In this document: positions 16,619 to 29,100 of the stretch, piece by piece
Layout: every line of letters starts with the position of its first letter
How positions within the stretch are numbered: the stretch's first letter is position 1
Virus record (IMG/VR): IMGVR_UViG_3300047290_000202
Location: 1-44,001 of that record
DNA from: a virus
Taxonomy: Duplodnaviria; Caudoviricetes
Direction: 5' to 3' (one strand)
DNA length: 44,001 nt
Notes under the pieces: model-generated
Database searches by the model: none
Told to the model about the DNA's origin: nothing
What the model saw: the letters and a program-made list of their open reading frames with translations, nothing else
Made by a program: the position numbers and the translations under genes

Positions 16619-17584
16619 TTAGGCGGTGGTAGCAGCCACAGTGGGAGTACCCCAGCTGGCTGTGAGATAGGTGCTGCTGGGTGGATAATAGGTCACTATG
16701 GTACAGGGCGCGGTGCCCGGGGTAGCACCCGACGCTGCCGTGCCGCCCGAAATAGCATCTCCATCTGATGCAGCCCAAGTGGTAGTGATGGTCAGCGCAG
16801 TGGATCCCGCATTTTTGGCTATGGCATGCTGGATATAGTTGGCAGTGTAGGGCGCGGTATCTGCAAACTGTTTGTAGACCACAGTGGCTGCTGCACCTGC
16901 TACCAAGTCAAACCAGCCCGTGGTCGTGGTCAGTGTGTTAGGTATACCCGTGCCGCCTATCTTGGTGGTTCCGGTATAGGCCACGCCCGCGATAGTCTGA
17001 GTATAGTCACCGCCCGTGATGTAGATATCACCGCATAAAGTATTGGCCAAGTCGTTCCATTCAGGGTCGCCCACATCCCCTGTGGCTGTTTTGCTCACAT
17101 CAATCTTGATCAATCCACCTGCGTTGAAAAAGTAACGCGCCGCATCTGAGCTGGCAAAAGTTACTGTATTGGTAAAAGTTATGGTCCAGGTAGCACCCGA
17201 AGTGGCAGTGGTCTTGCTGTTGGTACCTGTCCAGGCCGTGTACTGAGTTCCTGACGCTGCGGCATTGCCCCGATTGTTGTAGCAGTTGGTTATATCCGTG
17301 TTCACAGCAGCCAACACCGCTATGGTACCACCGGCCACAGGTGCGGTGCGTGATGTGATCGTGGTTCCCTGGTGGTTGGCCATGCTGGATATGGTATTGA
17401 CCAGGCTGGCCCAGCTGGTAGCAGACACTGTTGCACCTGCGCTGACCGTGCCCAACGCTGTTTGACCGTAGCCCGCGCTGGTAACTCCTGTACCCCAAGT
17501 GGCATTGACGTTGGCACCAACGGTGGTGCTGACAAAACCGTTGTAGTCTGTTGCTTCTATAGTGCCGCCAACTGTATAGGTCAT
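16619..17584 (-). CDS. Putative virion structural protein (Thr/Ala/Gly-rich, tail-fibre associated)
   Basis: MTYTVGGTIEATDYN N-terminus, GYGQT and F.S.DAARYFFNAGG.I motifs, beta-rich composition; directly downstream of the tail fibre. Confidence 0.6.
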   Translation of the reverse strand: MTYTVGGTIEATDYNGFVSTTVGANVNATWGTGVTSAGYGQTALGTVSAGATVSATSWASLVNTISSMANHQGTTITSRTAPVAGGTIAVLAAVNTDITNCYNNRGNAAASGTQYTAWTGTNSKTTATSGATWTITFTNTVTFASSDAARYFFNAGGLIKIDVSKTATGDVGDPEWNDLANTLCGDIYITGGDYTQTIAGVAYTGTTKIGGTGIPNTLTTTTGWFDLVAGAAATVVYKQFADTAPYTANYIQHAIAKNAGSTALTITTTWAASDGDAISGGTAASGATPGTAPCTIVTYYPPSSTYLTASWGTPTVAATTA

Positions 17585-17595
17585 AGTCTAATCCG

Positions 17596-19320
17596 TTATT
17601 TTATGGTCACGATAGCTTCGATCGTGCCACCCTCAACACTGTGTTTGTGCTCTAGCGCACGTCCGATCACATTGAAAGCAGTGGCTTCTCCGGGCAGCGC
17701 GGCGCGGGCTATGCCGTCACCAGCTGACACCAAGCGATCGCCTTTGCAAACTGGTCCGATCACACGCACCGGCACCCGGCCAGTCATGGCCACGGGAGGA
17801 TGTGTGTGGTCTTCGCCGGCACCACCGTTCATGAGATAGGCTGGCCGCGTGCTGATCACACCAAAGATATTTTCACTGAGCTCCTGGCGACTGCGGGTGA
17901 TTTCTGCTGATCCACCCAGTTCTACCACCGTGCCTGCTTCTAGGTATTCATCTGCTGCAAAACGTTCGGCTACGTCAGCGTATAGGGCCGTGGTAGCTGT
18001 GGCGAACACACGTTCAAAGTAGTTTGAGCTGCTGCCGATGTTGCCCACCGCGTTGGTTCCAGATTTGGTTATGCTGGGCACCGTAACTGCATTGGCAAAA
18101 ATCGCGCCTGTGTTGGTAAACACCACCACGTTACTGACGCCACCCAATGTGATGTTGGCATTGCCGTCTGTGGTGGGTATGTTGATCTGGCTGGTACCAT
18201 TTTCTATCTTGTTCACGCTGATCGCTGCGCTGAGTCCAGTAAGCTGGCTACCGTTGCCCAGGAAGTAGGAGCCCGATACGTTGCCCACTGCTGAGATGTT
18301 ACCGCTGGCGCTGATCAATCCCGTAGTTCTAAGATTGCCACCTTGCACGTTGGCTGTGGCGCTGAGCGTGGTCGCTGTGACCAGCGCGCCGCTGATCAGA
18401 TTACCACCGGTCACGTTGCCCGTGGCCGAAACCAATCCAGCTGTGAGCAGATTGCCGCCAGTGATGTTGCCCACGCCCGTTATGGTGGTTGCTGCTGTGA
18501 TCGAACTGGAAGCACTCAAAGCAGAGATCACATTGCCGCTGAGGCTCAGTGTTACCGAGCGCAGATTACCACCGTCGATGTTGCCGGTGGCAGTGATCAG
18601 TCCTGCTGTACGCAAGTTACCACCTGTCACATTGCCCGTGGCCGACACCAATCCCGCTGTGTTGAAGTTTCCGCCGGTCACGTTACCAGACACGGTAGCA
18701 GTGCCAAACTGGCCAGTGGTGCCCACAAATAACGGGCTATTGGTTGTGGTCAACGTGATGCCGGTATAGATAGTGGGAAAGGTAGCTGTGAGACTGGCCT
18801 GCGGTACGAAGCTAGCACCGTCATACACGATGCCCACGCGATTGTTGTTGACATACAGGCTAGTGATATATTTGGTAGCGCCTACTGAATCCTGGATAGT
18901 CTCAGGTATAGCGCCTGAAGTGCCCTGTGCTGCGCTGAAAGCGGGTCCAACCACGATAAATTGGCTGCCGGTATAAACTTTTAGCTGTTGGTTGGTGGTA
19001 TCATACCACAGATCGCCTGTGACACTGCCCGACGGCGTGCTGGCCGACGCCGTAGCGCCTGAGATCACTTTGAACAGAGAGCCATTGTACACTTTGAGAA
19101 GATTGTTGGTCTTATCGTACCAAATCTGTCCTGTCAGTGGGGCTGCTGGCGCGCTGGTATTGGCGCTGTTTTCCAACAAATGGATAAAGTTTTCATCTAG
19201 GAAACTACCGTAACCGGCGTAGTTTTTGCCTACCAGTGTCATGGAGCTAGACGAGTTCGTTGTACCATCTGCTATGGTAGCAAATACTGTGCCGTCTGTA
19301 AGGGTAATTGTGTATGCCAT
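17596..19320 (-). CDS. Tail fibre/spike with C-terminal intramolecular chaperone (peptidase G2/S74-like)
   Basis: N-terminal LVGKNYAGYG...ENFIHLLEN with two G[QD][IL]WYD..N..LKVY repeats; central GNVTGGN repeats; C-terminal YADVAERF...GVIST.PAYLMN...PVAMTGRVPVRV.G.V.KGD.LVS...IGRALE. Confidence 0.8.
   Translation of the reverse strand: MAYTITLTDGTVFATIADGTTNSSSSMTLVGKNYAGYGSFLDENFIHLLENSANTSAPAAPLTGQIWYDKTNNLLKVYNGSLFKVISGATASASTPSGSVTGDLWYDTTNQQLKVYTGSQFIVVGPAFSAAQGTSGAIPETIQDSVGATKYITSLYVNNNRVGIVYDGASFVPQASLTATFPTIYTGITLTTTNSPLFVGTTGQFGTATVSGNVTGGNFNTAGLVSATGNVTGGNLRTAGLITATGNIDGGNLRSVTLSLSGNVISALSASSSITAATTITGVGNITGGNLLTAGLVSATGNVTGGNLISGALVTATTLSATANVQGGNLRTTGLISASGNISAVGNVSGSYFLGNGSQLTGLSAAISVNKIENGTSQINIPTTDGNANITLGGVSNVVVFTNTGAIFANAVTVPSITKSGTNAVGNIGSSSNYFERVFATATTALYADVAERFAADEYLEAGTVVELGGSAEITRSRQELSENIFGVISTRPAYLMNGGAGEDHTHPPVAMTGRVPVRVIGPVCKGDRLVSAGDGIARAALPGEATAFNVIGRALEHKHSVEGGTIEAIVTIK
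18270..18695 (-). repeat. Coding tandem repeats of about 17 aa / 51 nt (GNVTGGNLxTAGLVSAT) in the fibre shaft
   Basis: Repeated GNVTGGNF, GNVTGGNL, GNIDGGNL, GNITGGNL, GNVTGGNL, ANVQGGNL units in the translation. Confidence 0.85.
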
Positions 19321-19345
19321 AAGTCTTTTCCGCGTCTAGTTCCTA

Positions 19346-19353
19346 TATTTATA
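19346..19353 (-). promoter_or_regulatory. T4-type late promoter TATAAATA
   Basis: Exact T4 gp55 late consensus, overlapping the TAA stop of 19349-19954 and 25 nt upstream of the tail fibre ATG. Confidence 0.7.
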
Positions 19354-19954
19354 CAGCGTTGATATTGCTCAGCGTCTGTATGCGAATGGTGTAATCGATC
19401 TGTATCTGACGATTCAAACTTTTCTGCACCGGGTGGAAAATCACGTGGGTCAGCAGTCTTAAATTGTCTGCCGCACCGTTCCAGGCTTTGAGTCCCAGTT
19501 CGTCAAACACATACTCACCATTGAAGTTGGTGCTGTTGTCAAAGGCCTGCTGCTGCGGCGGCTCGCCGTAGTCCAGCAGGCAAGTTACCAAAATATCGGT
19601 GTAAACCGTGCCCGAGGTATGCAGTACGGTCATTTTGTTGTTGATAGGATCAGTGTCAGCGGCGCTGTTGTCGTTGACCACCTTGGCATAGGTTTCATTG
19701 TACAGTCCCGCGCTCTGACCCGTGGTGTTGGGCGGCAGATAGGTAATCACACCCGTGGGATCTACAGAACTACCCCCGTTACCAAATGCCATGCTGTAGA
19801 TATAGCCTAGATTGCGATCGGCCAGGGTCTGGGCCAAGGCTATACTCATGTTTTCATAGTGGATAGCGTTTTTCTTGTCTACCAAGACTTCGCCAGAGTT
19901 GGGGTCATGTATCTTGACAAAACCCTGGATGGCACAGGGCACATACAACATCAT
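19349..19954 (-). CDS. Putative baseplate/tail-associated structural protein
   Basis: G.VKI.DP..GEVLVDKKNAIH, MAFGNGG, FDELGL and LLTHVIFHPVQKS...IDYTIRI motifs recall tail-fibre-attachment/baseplate proteins; lies between the giant baseplate protein and the fibre. Confidence 0.6.
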   Translation of the reverse strand: MMLYVPCAIQGFVKIHDPNSGEVLVDKKNAIHYENMSIALAQTLADRNLGYIYSMAFGNGGSSVDPTGVITYLPPNTTGQSAGLYNETYAKVVNDNSAADTDPINNKMTVLHTSGTVYTDILVTCLLDYGEPPQQQAFDNSTNFNGEYVFDELGLKAWNGAADNLRLLTHVIFHPVQKSLNRQIQIDYTIRIQTLSNINAV

Positions 19955-20106
19955 GCTCGTCCCTCCACATGCACTTTTTTGCTCACTGGATCAAAAATTT
20001 TGAAACGAGCTTCTACCCGTATGGCGCCCTTCTCGTTGGGTCCGGCGGGCTTGGGCTGAACAGAACTGGTCCGTGGGTCTTGCTGCTTGGATGGTTGGTT
20101 GTGCAT
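19951..20106 (-). CDS. Small 51-aa protein below the ORF-track cutoff
   Basis: Manual translation MHNQPSKQQDPRTSSVQPKPAGPNEKGAIRVEARFKIFDPVSKKVHVEGRA*; fills the gap exactly, has an ATGA overlap and follows a TAAATA motif. Confidence 0.75.
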   Translation of the reverse strand: MHNQPSKQQDPRTSSVQPKPAGPNEKGAIRVEARFKIFDPVSKKVHVEGRA

Positions 20107-20113
20107 GATTTTC

Positions 20114-20120
20114 TATTTAT
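20114..20120 (-). promoter_or_regulatory. Late-promoter-like ATAAATA
   Basis: Intergenic, 7 nt upstream of ATG 20106. Confidence 0.55.
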
Positions 20121-20126
20121 CCTGTT

Positions 20127-23100
20127 TTATCTATTGGTCAAGAACCTTGCGGGCACATTGTCAGTTTCTTGCAGCGCAAGGCGTCGCGTGGCAGGGGTGC
20201 TGATATCGTACCACCAGGTGCCGCGGCGTTGCATAATAGTTACTTCAACTCCCGCGGGCGGGGGCAATATAGGGCTAACGGGATCAGCGTCTGTGATAAA
20301 TTCCACTGCCAGTGGATCAAAATCAGTCAGTATCCAGGGGTACTGGCTGGTATTTGGACTACCGTATTGATATTGGCGTATGCCTCCCACAAAAACCAGC
20401 AGGGATTCTGCCCAGATAGTGCTACTGTCACCATAATCGCCCAGAGACAGGCTGGGTGCATAAAATACCGTGGTACTGCCGTCCGCTGTGGCCGTGTCGC
20501 GCACATCGTAATCTTGATATTGTTCGTAAAGCAGATTGCCACGACCCATGTTTTCCACAGCAACCGATGCTGTATGGCTTGTGGCCGCGGTGCCAGCGGT
20601 GCCGCGATACAGTCCGCTGAGGGTGTTGGCTACCAAATCTCGCTCTCGATAAGCGATGCGTTCACCCTCGATCATGACTACACCCAGCACGTTGACGGCT
20701 GGATCAGGTTGTGACAATCCAGATACATCTTGACAGTAGATCACATCATCCAGTTGGCCCATGCTCTGGGTCAATACTGTGGAAGTCTGGGGCGTGATCC
20801 TATAGGTAGCTTGCACTCCCCGCATGTCTTGGAATATCCTAAACGCAGATGCTTCAGGTACTATGCTGTCAGTAAACATGGTCACCGCCAGCACTTGATT
20901 ACTGCCTATGGTACCTGTGGGCAGCACGATTTCGTTGCCTTGCATGTAGAAACCATCACCTTCGAACAATCGTGTTCCGTCTAGGGTCACCCACAGGCGA
21001 CCACCCTGGAACGTGCTGCCATCGCCCCACATATCTCTGTCCAAGACGAAATTGTTGGCATACTGCACATTGACGTTGGCGTAGTCAAATGATCCCGGAT
21101 CTCCCGTGATCGCTCCAGAGTCATAAGGCGTGCTGTCATAGGGCTCAACCACAGCGTTGCCTATCTGTATTGGTCCCACAAAAATCTGCGTCAACAATTC
21201 TTGTTCGCTAGTATCGTTGAAAGTGATCACCTGGATGATGTCACCTTTATTGGGTACAGAATCTAGATAAAGAGTGTTGCCCGCTACAAAGTAGTCAGCC
21301 AGTGTCCATACAGCCACGGTGACCCTGCTGCCAGTATCGGGAGCTTGCACAAATTGTACCTGACGTCCCGGCGGATTGGCCTGTCCTACAAACCAAGGAG
21401 ATACGTTATAATCCACTCCCTGCACCTGCAGTATGTCGTCTACATACACTTCTACGTCGCTATTCTGTATGATCTGCTGGCTAAAGCTGGCTCCCAATCG
21501 TTGTGGAAGACCAAAACTGATACGTGTGCCGTTGCCCACTTCTTCTATCGCTGCGGGAGGAGTCAATCGTACACCGTTGCGATTCACTATCATGTTGATG
21601 GTGTTGCTGCCACCAATGTAGTTTTGTAGGGGTATAGCAGAGTTTACATAAGCGGTGAGATCCACCCCCGACTGCTGCACCTGGGGGGCGCTCCAGCTGT
21701 AGCTAGAGCTGGCCACTCCTGTGCCCGACCCAGGACCTGTAGCCGTAAACGTCACACCCACCGCACTGCTGACCGCTCCTACCAAGGTCCAATCAGTTGA
21801 TCCCACCGTGGCTATGGTGTAGGACCGTCCCCTAATCAAATCGTCAGCATTGGTATAACTGGTTCCCAGCACTACCACGGTGACCATGTCGCCGGATGCG
21901 GGTATCAAGGAAGAATCAAATGCCACCCTGCTCAGCAAAGTGGGCACAAACGCCAACCAATAGGCAGCATCGCTGATATCAATGCCAGGCGGCACGCTCT
22001 GAAGAGCTCTATAGTAATTGCCCCCGTTGCTGACCACAGCGTGCAGCACATAACTGTTGGTCACATTCCAGGGTTGGCTTGCTATGTACGGTGTCCAGGT
22101 CACGGGCACCGCTAGAGCTTGGCCGTTGATCAGCACCGCGATACTTTCGATCTGCGCTGAAGCCACAGGCACATCAAAGTAACCGCTAGACAGCTGGCTG
22201 CCTTGGTAAACGTTTCGGTACAGCTGGCTGCCGCCGCCCATTTCATAGACCTGCACCACTATCACATCACCGTCGGCCACGCTACCATTGGCCAGTACGG
22301 TAATGGTCCTGTCGCTCCAGTTGGTTTCATAATCCACCGTGATCGTAGTCCAATAGCTGTTGTTGGTGATGTCTATGCCCACCGGCACGCCCTGCAGGGC
22401 CAAATAGTAATGACCCAGATAAGTGACCACATCGTCTTGCAGCCAGGATTGAGCGTTGGTCCAGCTGGAGCTAGCGGGAGCGTTGGTCATCTGTTGTCCC
22501 GTGGTCAGATTGCTTACCGTGATGTTGGCGGGATATTCTACTAGGCTGCCCCAATCGTAACTTTCTTCTATGCCCAAACGATACTGCCAGCGCCACTCGC
22601 CTATCTGTCCACCATGACCATCCATCTGCCAATCTGAGCCAGGGCGAGTGTTCACCCGCAGATCCAGGGTATCAAATTCTGCACCGTTGACCAACTCTTG
22701 GGGCGCATGGCCTTCATAGGGCCCCACAAATTCGCCACCATTGACGTTGATGTCTGTGCTACGAGTGCCCAAGTAGGTATCTGTGAAACTGCTTTCATAC
22801 ACAGCGTTCAATAGCTGTGTGACATAGGGCTGCCAGTAGCGAGGATCGGGAGGGGGGTATCCCGCCGGCACTGGCACGCGAGCCTTGTAGTAGAGGCCGT
22901 TATAGCTCACTATGGCCTGAGCATCATAGCTGTGCTCGGGACTCCACGGCAGGCGGTTTTCAGGCGCAAACAAATCTCCCCAAACTTGTACCCCTGGATA
23001 TTCTGTACCATCTATCAAAAGCGGCAATTCGAGCCCCGGCTGATCCACACCGGGCACATAGAAGCCCATGGTACGATCCACGCCCGACAGGTCAGCGGCA

Positions 23101-26100
23101 TTGACCAGCTGCCAATCTTCAAGATTGAAAGTGGGGCCTACGTTGGCCGAACTACCATCGCTGTTGGCCGCGCGCCATACTCGATTATCATATCTGACCA
23201 ACGTGCCGTTGACATAGGTACCGGTAGTTTCCCATGTTTGTATCTGGGTCTGATACTGGTATCTATCAAACTTCATCGTGGTACGGAAATGCCTAATCAG
23301 ATCATTGGTCATGTTGGCCAATGCTCGGGCTCCCGAACCGTTGCCACCCGACAAAGTGATAGTAGGCTGCTGTGTATAACCGCTACCAGCGCTCAATATG
23401 TTGATCGCTATCACACTGCCTTCACCATTGATCACTGCCTGCGCCACGGCGGGCACTTCAGCATTGCCTATGATGTTGACTTCAGGCGCTTCTGTGTAGC
23501 CAGAACCACCGTCGACCAAGGTCACGCTGTCAAGATCCAAAAAGTAGTTGGCAAACCACTGGGTATATGGCCACTGCTGCCATATCAAATTGGTAGCCGA
23601 AGCATCACTGTAGGTGTTGAACGGTTGCCAGCTGCTGTGCAAGTAAGGCGTAAGGATAGGACTGGTATATCTGGGCACTTGCAGATCAGTATTGTAGTAA
23701 GCAGGCAGATCAAAATCTGTGAGGTCACCCTGATACATGTCATCGCCCGTGTAGGTCAAATTGAACTCCCTAACCTGCACATGATAGGGTTTGACTTCCT
23801 GGAGATAGTCCAAGACAAATTCTTGATTATCTCTTGTGTAATTTTGGTAAGGTATCAACTGGCGGATCTTGTGATCCACGTCTATCAAACTGGTCTTGAC
23901 CAACCACTGGGGCGCCTGGAATTCCTTCAACACAAAGTTGAACGAGTTGATCAAGAGATTGTTACGATAGATCAACAGATCATCTATAAGCAGCTCTTGA
24001 TTGATGGCTTCCAGTATTTTGCGAGTCTCGATAGCGTTGTCTTCGTCGAAGTATTGAGCATCAAACACTTCAACGTCAAAACCAAACTTGGCCAAAGCAT
24101 AATCATACACCGTGGCTGATATTTTGATGGTACCATCTTCTAGTACTACTCTGTTCCAACCATTGACGGTTTTCTGATAGATTTCAAATTTACCAGCAGC
24201 GTTGCTGGTCACCTTGACGCTGACTCCCACATCAGCTGCCAGGGGTACTAGATCAGCATAGTTGGCCACGGTGTACTGGGGTTTGATTGTGGCATTGTAA
24301 CCCGGCTGTACCCAATCAATATAGCTCCAGTAGTCGGGCGTGACATAATTTTGCACCTTGATCAACACCAACTTTCTCACAGCAGCTATACTGTCATACT
24401 GCACTTGATAGATAGTCCAACGACCGTTTTGTGTGCTGTCGGTATCTACTAGATACTGGTAGCCCAACGGTACTGCATCAATATTTTGATAGCTCAATAT
24501 CTCTATAGTGGCCACTTGGGCATTCCAACCAGGGTTGCCTTGACTGAGGTTGGCCGTGGCACTGGGCAATGGATCCTCACTGTTGAGCAACACAAAGTTT
24601 CTCATCTCGGTAATGGGATACAGCGCCAGTATCCTGTTGGCTTCAACAATGTAATTTTTCAGGGCCGCAAATCGATCTGCGAACATGCTTTGTCGCGGCC
24701 TAAACTGCACGCCATATTTTTCAGCTGGGCTGAGATAGGGATCAGGCACCAAATTGCCCGCACTGTCAGAGCCACAGAAACTGTCCAGCAGTTTCCTATA
24801 GAGGTTGCCTGTTAGGAAACCGTCCGCGCGACCTTCTGGCACCAGTTCATATTCCACGTGCACGTTGTCTGAGTTGAGCTCACGGTCAAATTCCACATGG
24901 ATCACAGTGTCCGACGCCTGCAGTAGATCTCCGCAATTATACAGAGCCAACGAGCTGCCATTGAGAGGTGCCAGATATGCGATACCCGATGCCTTGGGAT
25001 CCTCGATATAACGAGCCACTGTTTCCACGGGCAGAGTCTTGGTGCTGTTGTTGCCCAGCATGGTAATGCCCCTGACCCAGTAGTAGTACAGATTCACGAA
25101 GGTACCCTCGCGGGTGAGACGTGAACTGATGGTGTAGCGGGTGGTATCAAAGGGTGTGCCTTCACCGGTATAGTTGGCTGGCAATTCAGTGCTTTCTATC
25201 CACTGATACACATGCACTAGGCTGCCAGGGAATAGCTGTCCCCAGCGTCGTGCTTCGTATACCAGATCATTCTGAGCGGGGTCTATGAATCTCACCGTGC
25301 TGGTGTCCCACCATACTTCACCCACATGTTCGCTGCCCCAGGTATTGCCCCTCACTGAATAGGCGCCTGTGTTATAGCCTGCGGGATCTATACTGGCCAC
25401 ATAGTCAATATTTTGCTGGACCGCGCCCAGCAGCTTGCCCTGCAAGGGGTTGAAGAAATCTAGGTACTCGGTGCTGGATCCCGTGATCAGATCATACAGG
25501 AACACGCTGTTGAGCAATCTAATATCGATAGTGGGCTGTTCCGATCTGATTTTTTGCCATGATGGGGCTCTGTTGGCATTTTGCCACACCACTACCTGCC
25601 CTGCATTGGTTCCTGCGCTATCCGCATAGTCAAAACCAGGTGCACCCATCATTAGGATGCCCGAGGTGTAGTTGACCACCGTGCCAAATCCGTCCAGGGC
25701 CATGAGTTCTGGCACCTGCACCTGTTGGCCCAAGATAAATTTGGCAGGATTGGCCGCAGACTGATTGGCCGCTGTGAGATAGTTATACACGTAGACAGAC
25801 CCGCTTTGATTGGTAGCATCAAAGAACAGTGTAGCCCCGGAATCAAAATCAGGATTAGGATCAAACACCGTGGGAATATACATGTTGCCTTTGGGAGCAC
25901 CGATCACCAGTTCAGTCGCTGAAGAATCGATATTGACTGCTGAACCAAAAGCTGCAAACTCACGGGGCAATGGACTGGTGATAACTTGGGTATGTACAAA
26001 CACTTCAAAGCCAAGATCATCGAACACCGTGCCCAGGGTGCCGGGCAGTACCTGCAGTTTGTTGCCAGGAGGTGCCGAATCGTTGTTGACTGGTACCAAG

Positions 26101-29100
26101 GTCATGATACCATCAGCCACGGTGGCATTGACATTGGGCACTTGCTGATTGATAGCCGCGGCCAGCCCTGCCAGAGTGTTATTGGGACTACTGGGCACCG
26201 CCACGTCCTGGAGGTTCACTCTCAGAGTCTGGCCTGCGGTCAAACTCACACCCGTGTTGGTGCTAGAGATAATGCCATACACGCGGCTTTGATTTACCCA
26301 TCTTTCTGCCACACCGCCCTTGAAGATCTGAACGCTGCTCTGGGGAGCGCCCACGTATAGGCTGCAATTATAATCACAGATATCCAGCGCCTGACCAAAA
26401 TTGCTGAATTCAGCCACTGTGTTCTGGCTCAGCGTCTGCAATACCTGGAATTGATTGGTTTCTATATCTACGAAATCACCCACGTTGAGTTCTGTGTTCA
26501 CTGTGACAGTGTTGCCGCTAACACTAAAGGTATTATCAGCTCCCACTAAGGCGCTGGTCTCGGGCAGCAGTCTGCGACCATTCACAGTGACACCAACTTG
26601 CAGAGCATTGGGTGTTGCGCCTAGTACAGTAAAAGTGTTGGTCATGGTATCTACCACGAACCTCTGCACGTCACGATCAAATACTACCACAGAACCAGCT
26701 TCAACTTCTGCATCCACGGTGCTGTCCGGCGCCCCTACTAGGATCTGCAATCCATCTGTGGTCACCGCCAGGCTGTGACCAAATTGCAATTCACCAGCAG
26801 GCGCAGCAAAGGTGGTCACGTAGTCGTAGTAGCCTTGAGCGCGTACCACTACCTGTTCTCCACCCACGAAACCAGTAGCAGCAGTAAAGGTCACCAGTTT
26901 GGTGCTGGTATTGAAGGTATAATCTATGTTGGGACGCATCAGCTGCAGACCCAGACCACTATCGTAGATTATGCTGAAACTGTTGATAGAGCTGCCTGTA
27001 AGATTGGTTTGAAAGAAATTAGATCCCACATCGATCTGGAGGCTTCCGTTCACGGTCAGTGCATCTATCTTTTTGCGTTGGATCACTATTGTGTCATTGC
27101 TTGCTGGGGGCACCACAAAAGTCAGCGTATCAAATCCTGAAATATTGTAGTCCACGCCCAAGGTCTGTGCTGCACCGTTTAGGGTGCAGGAAATCTGATT
27201 GTTGTTGTTGATCTGTATGGCATCGCCAAAATCATAAATGTTTGTTACACCGTTACCTGATGTTTGCACATACTGATCCTGCCAAGGCACTTGCACGTAG
27301 GCATGAACTTCATTGTCAGTGGGTGAACTGACATACAACCAACGCTGATCAAGGGACATGGCCACTGCCTGTCCAAACCTTCCCGTGCCCAACGATGGAT
27401 CGATTGGGCTGGTCAACAACTGCCAGGCCACATAGGGCGAAGTACCCGGAATATAGGTGGCTACGTCTCGATAGATTACCGCGGCATATCCACCATCTGG
27501 ATCACCGTTACCGTTCAAACTGGATGGTGCGCCTGCGCAGGCCCAATCCAGCTGACCCATCGTGACGCTGTAGCCCAGACCACGCACGCCGGTCTGGTCC
27601 ACTGTGATAACGGTATCTTGATTGGGTATAGGACTGACAGGCTGATAAGCCGAAGTTTGAGCTCTTGTATAGCAGTAGACCCCGCCTATTTCTGTGCCCG
27701 ATGCGAATCCGTATCGCGGACTTCCTATCAGGGCCGCAGCTCCGTTCAATGCCTGGGCCACACTTTGTCCGTACTGCTCCAGCGCATCTGGCTGTGCAGG
27801 ACCCAACGTGGTCACAGGAGACAATGTATCGCGTTTTTGATATACTGCCCAACGACCATCCCCGTCATCGTCCACCCACACTATGGCCCCGGGCAATAGG
27901 CTGTTGGCATAAGGCAAATTGACAGCATCGCTCAACTGAGCCACACGCTGCGTGGTCAGATAAAAGCATAGACCTGTGCCATTGACCACGGTACGCCTAT
28001 CAGTGAACGCGAACGCGATAGTGACCTTGTTGGGTGCGGGCACTGTCAACACTGAATACACGCCGTTGACTGCGCTGTCAAAGTTCTTGATTATGATCTT
28101 TTGATCTTTGACCAGACCGTGATTTTGGGAGAAAATTACCAGACTGGTACCGTCTAGATTGTCGCAAACATGCTCTATCACCCCGGGTGCATTTTCAGCA
28201 CGATAGATATTCCAATCATAGTCGTTGACCTTGGCTGCCCATATAGTGGTACCAACTTCAATCCGATCCTGTACCGCTGACAGCGAGCTGCTGTCAGTGA
28301 TATCGAACAGGGTGATATCCGCATCATCTAGGTCCACATAGCCCGCAGTGGGCAGGCTTATGTCCGGAGGGATGTCGTAGGTCTGGGGCAACACATCCGG
28401 TTGACTTACTCTAAAGCTCTGACGCCACAGACTGTTGAACAACACTGTCTGATCCGCCACGCTGGGCTGATCGGGCTCTACTATCTGCACGATGCTGGGA
28501 TTGGCTGTCAGCTTGGCCGCATCCAAACGTATTTCTATAAAGCTGCGATTGGCGTTGGCGCCGTAGATGGCTCTCTGCACTGCCCAGTTTTCATAGATTT
28601 CGTATTGTGCCGCTTCTTTGCCGAGATCTACCCCACGTAGCAGTTTGGTAGCGACCTTGGTGCCTTTGCTGCCCAGAAACTGGCGATACACGTTGACTTG
28701 GCTGATGTCATCTAGATTGAGGTCAGCCAAATACTGGCGGGGTTTGAATCCTATGAGACCAAAACTGAACAGATCTTCCTGGCTTTCTATATTGGCATCG
28801 TTGATATCGTAGGCAGTGACCAGCTGATCGCTCTTGTTGGCCAGATTGGGGAGCAGACCCTTTTCGATCTGTTCGTAGTCGCTTTGATACCAATCGTTGT
28901 AGTTGAACACAGTGCTGGGTTGCACGATGCGATTGGCACTCCAATAAGCGCCTTTGTGTTTGACTATCTCGCCTTTGCTGTAGCTGCGCAGACCAGTCCA
29001 TGTTTCTACATTGTTTTGGTTGAGAATAAATCCCTGGGCATCTATGGTGCCATTCCACTCAGTGGTATTCACGCACTTGAGCTGCAAGCGGCTCTGGCGA

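Noticed and set aside
18270-18695. Fibre repeats as a diversity-generating retroelement TR/VR pair
   Set aside because: They are in-frame tandem structural repeats, I saw no adenine-specific mismatch pattern, and there is no reverse transcriptase in the window.
22932-24119. 395-aa plus-strand ORF, and similar ones at 39696-40589, 42278-43333 and 33357-33983
   Set aside because: They lie wholly antisense to well-supported genes, have no recognisable motifs, and are explained as codon-bias shadows.
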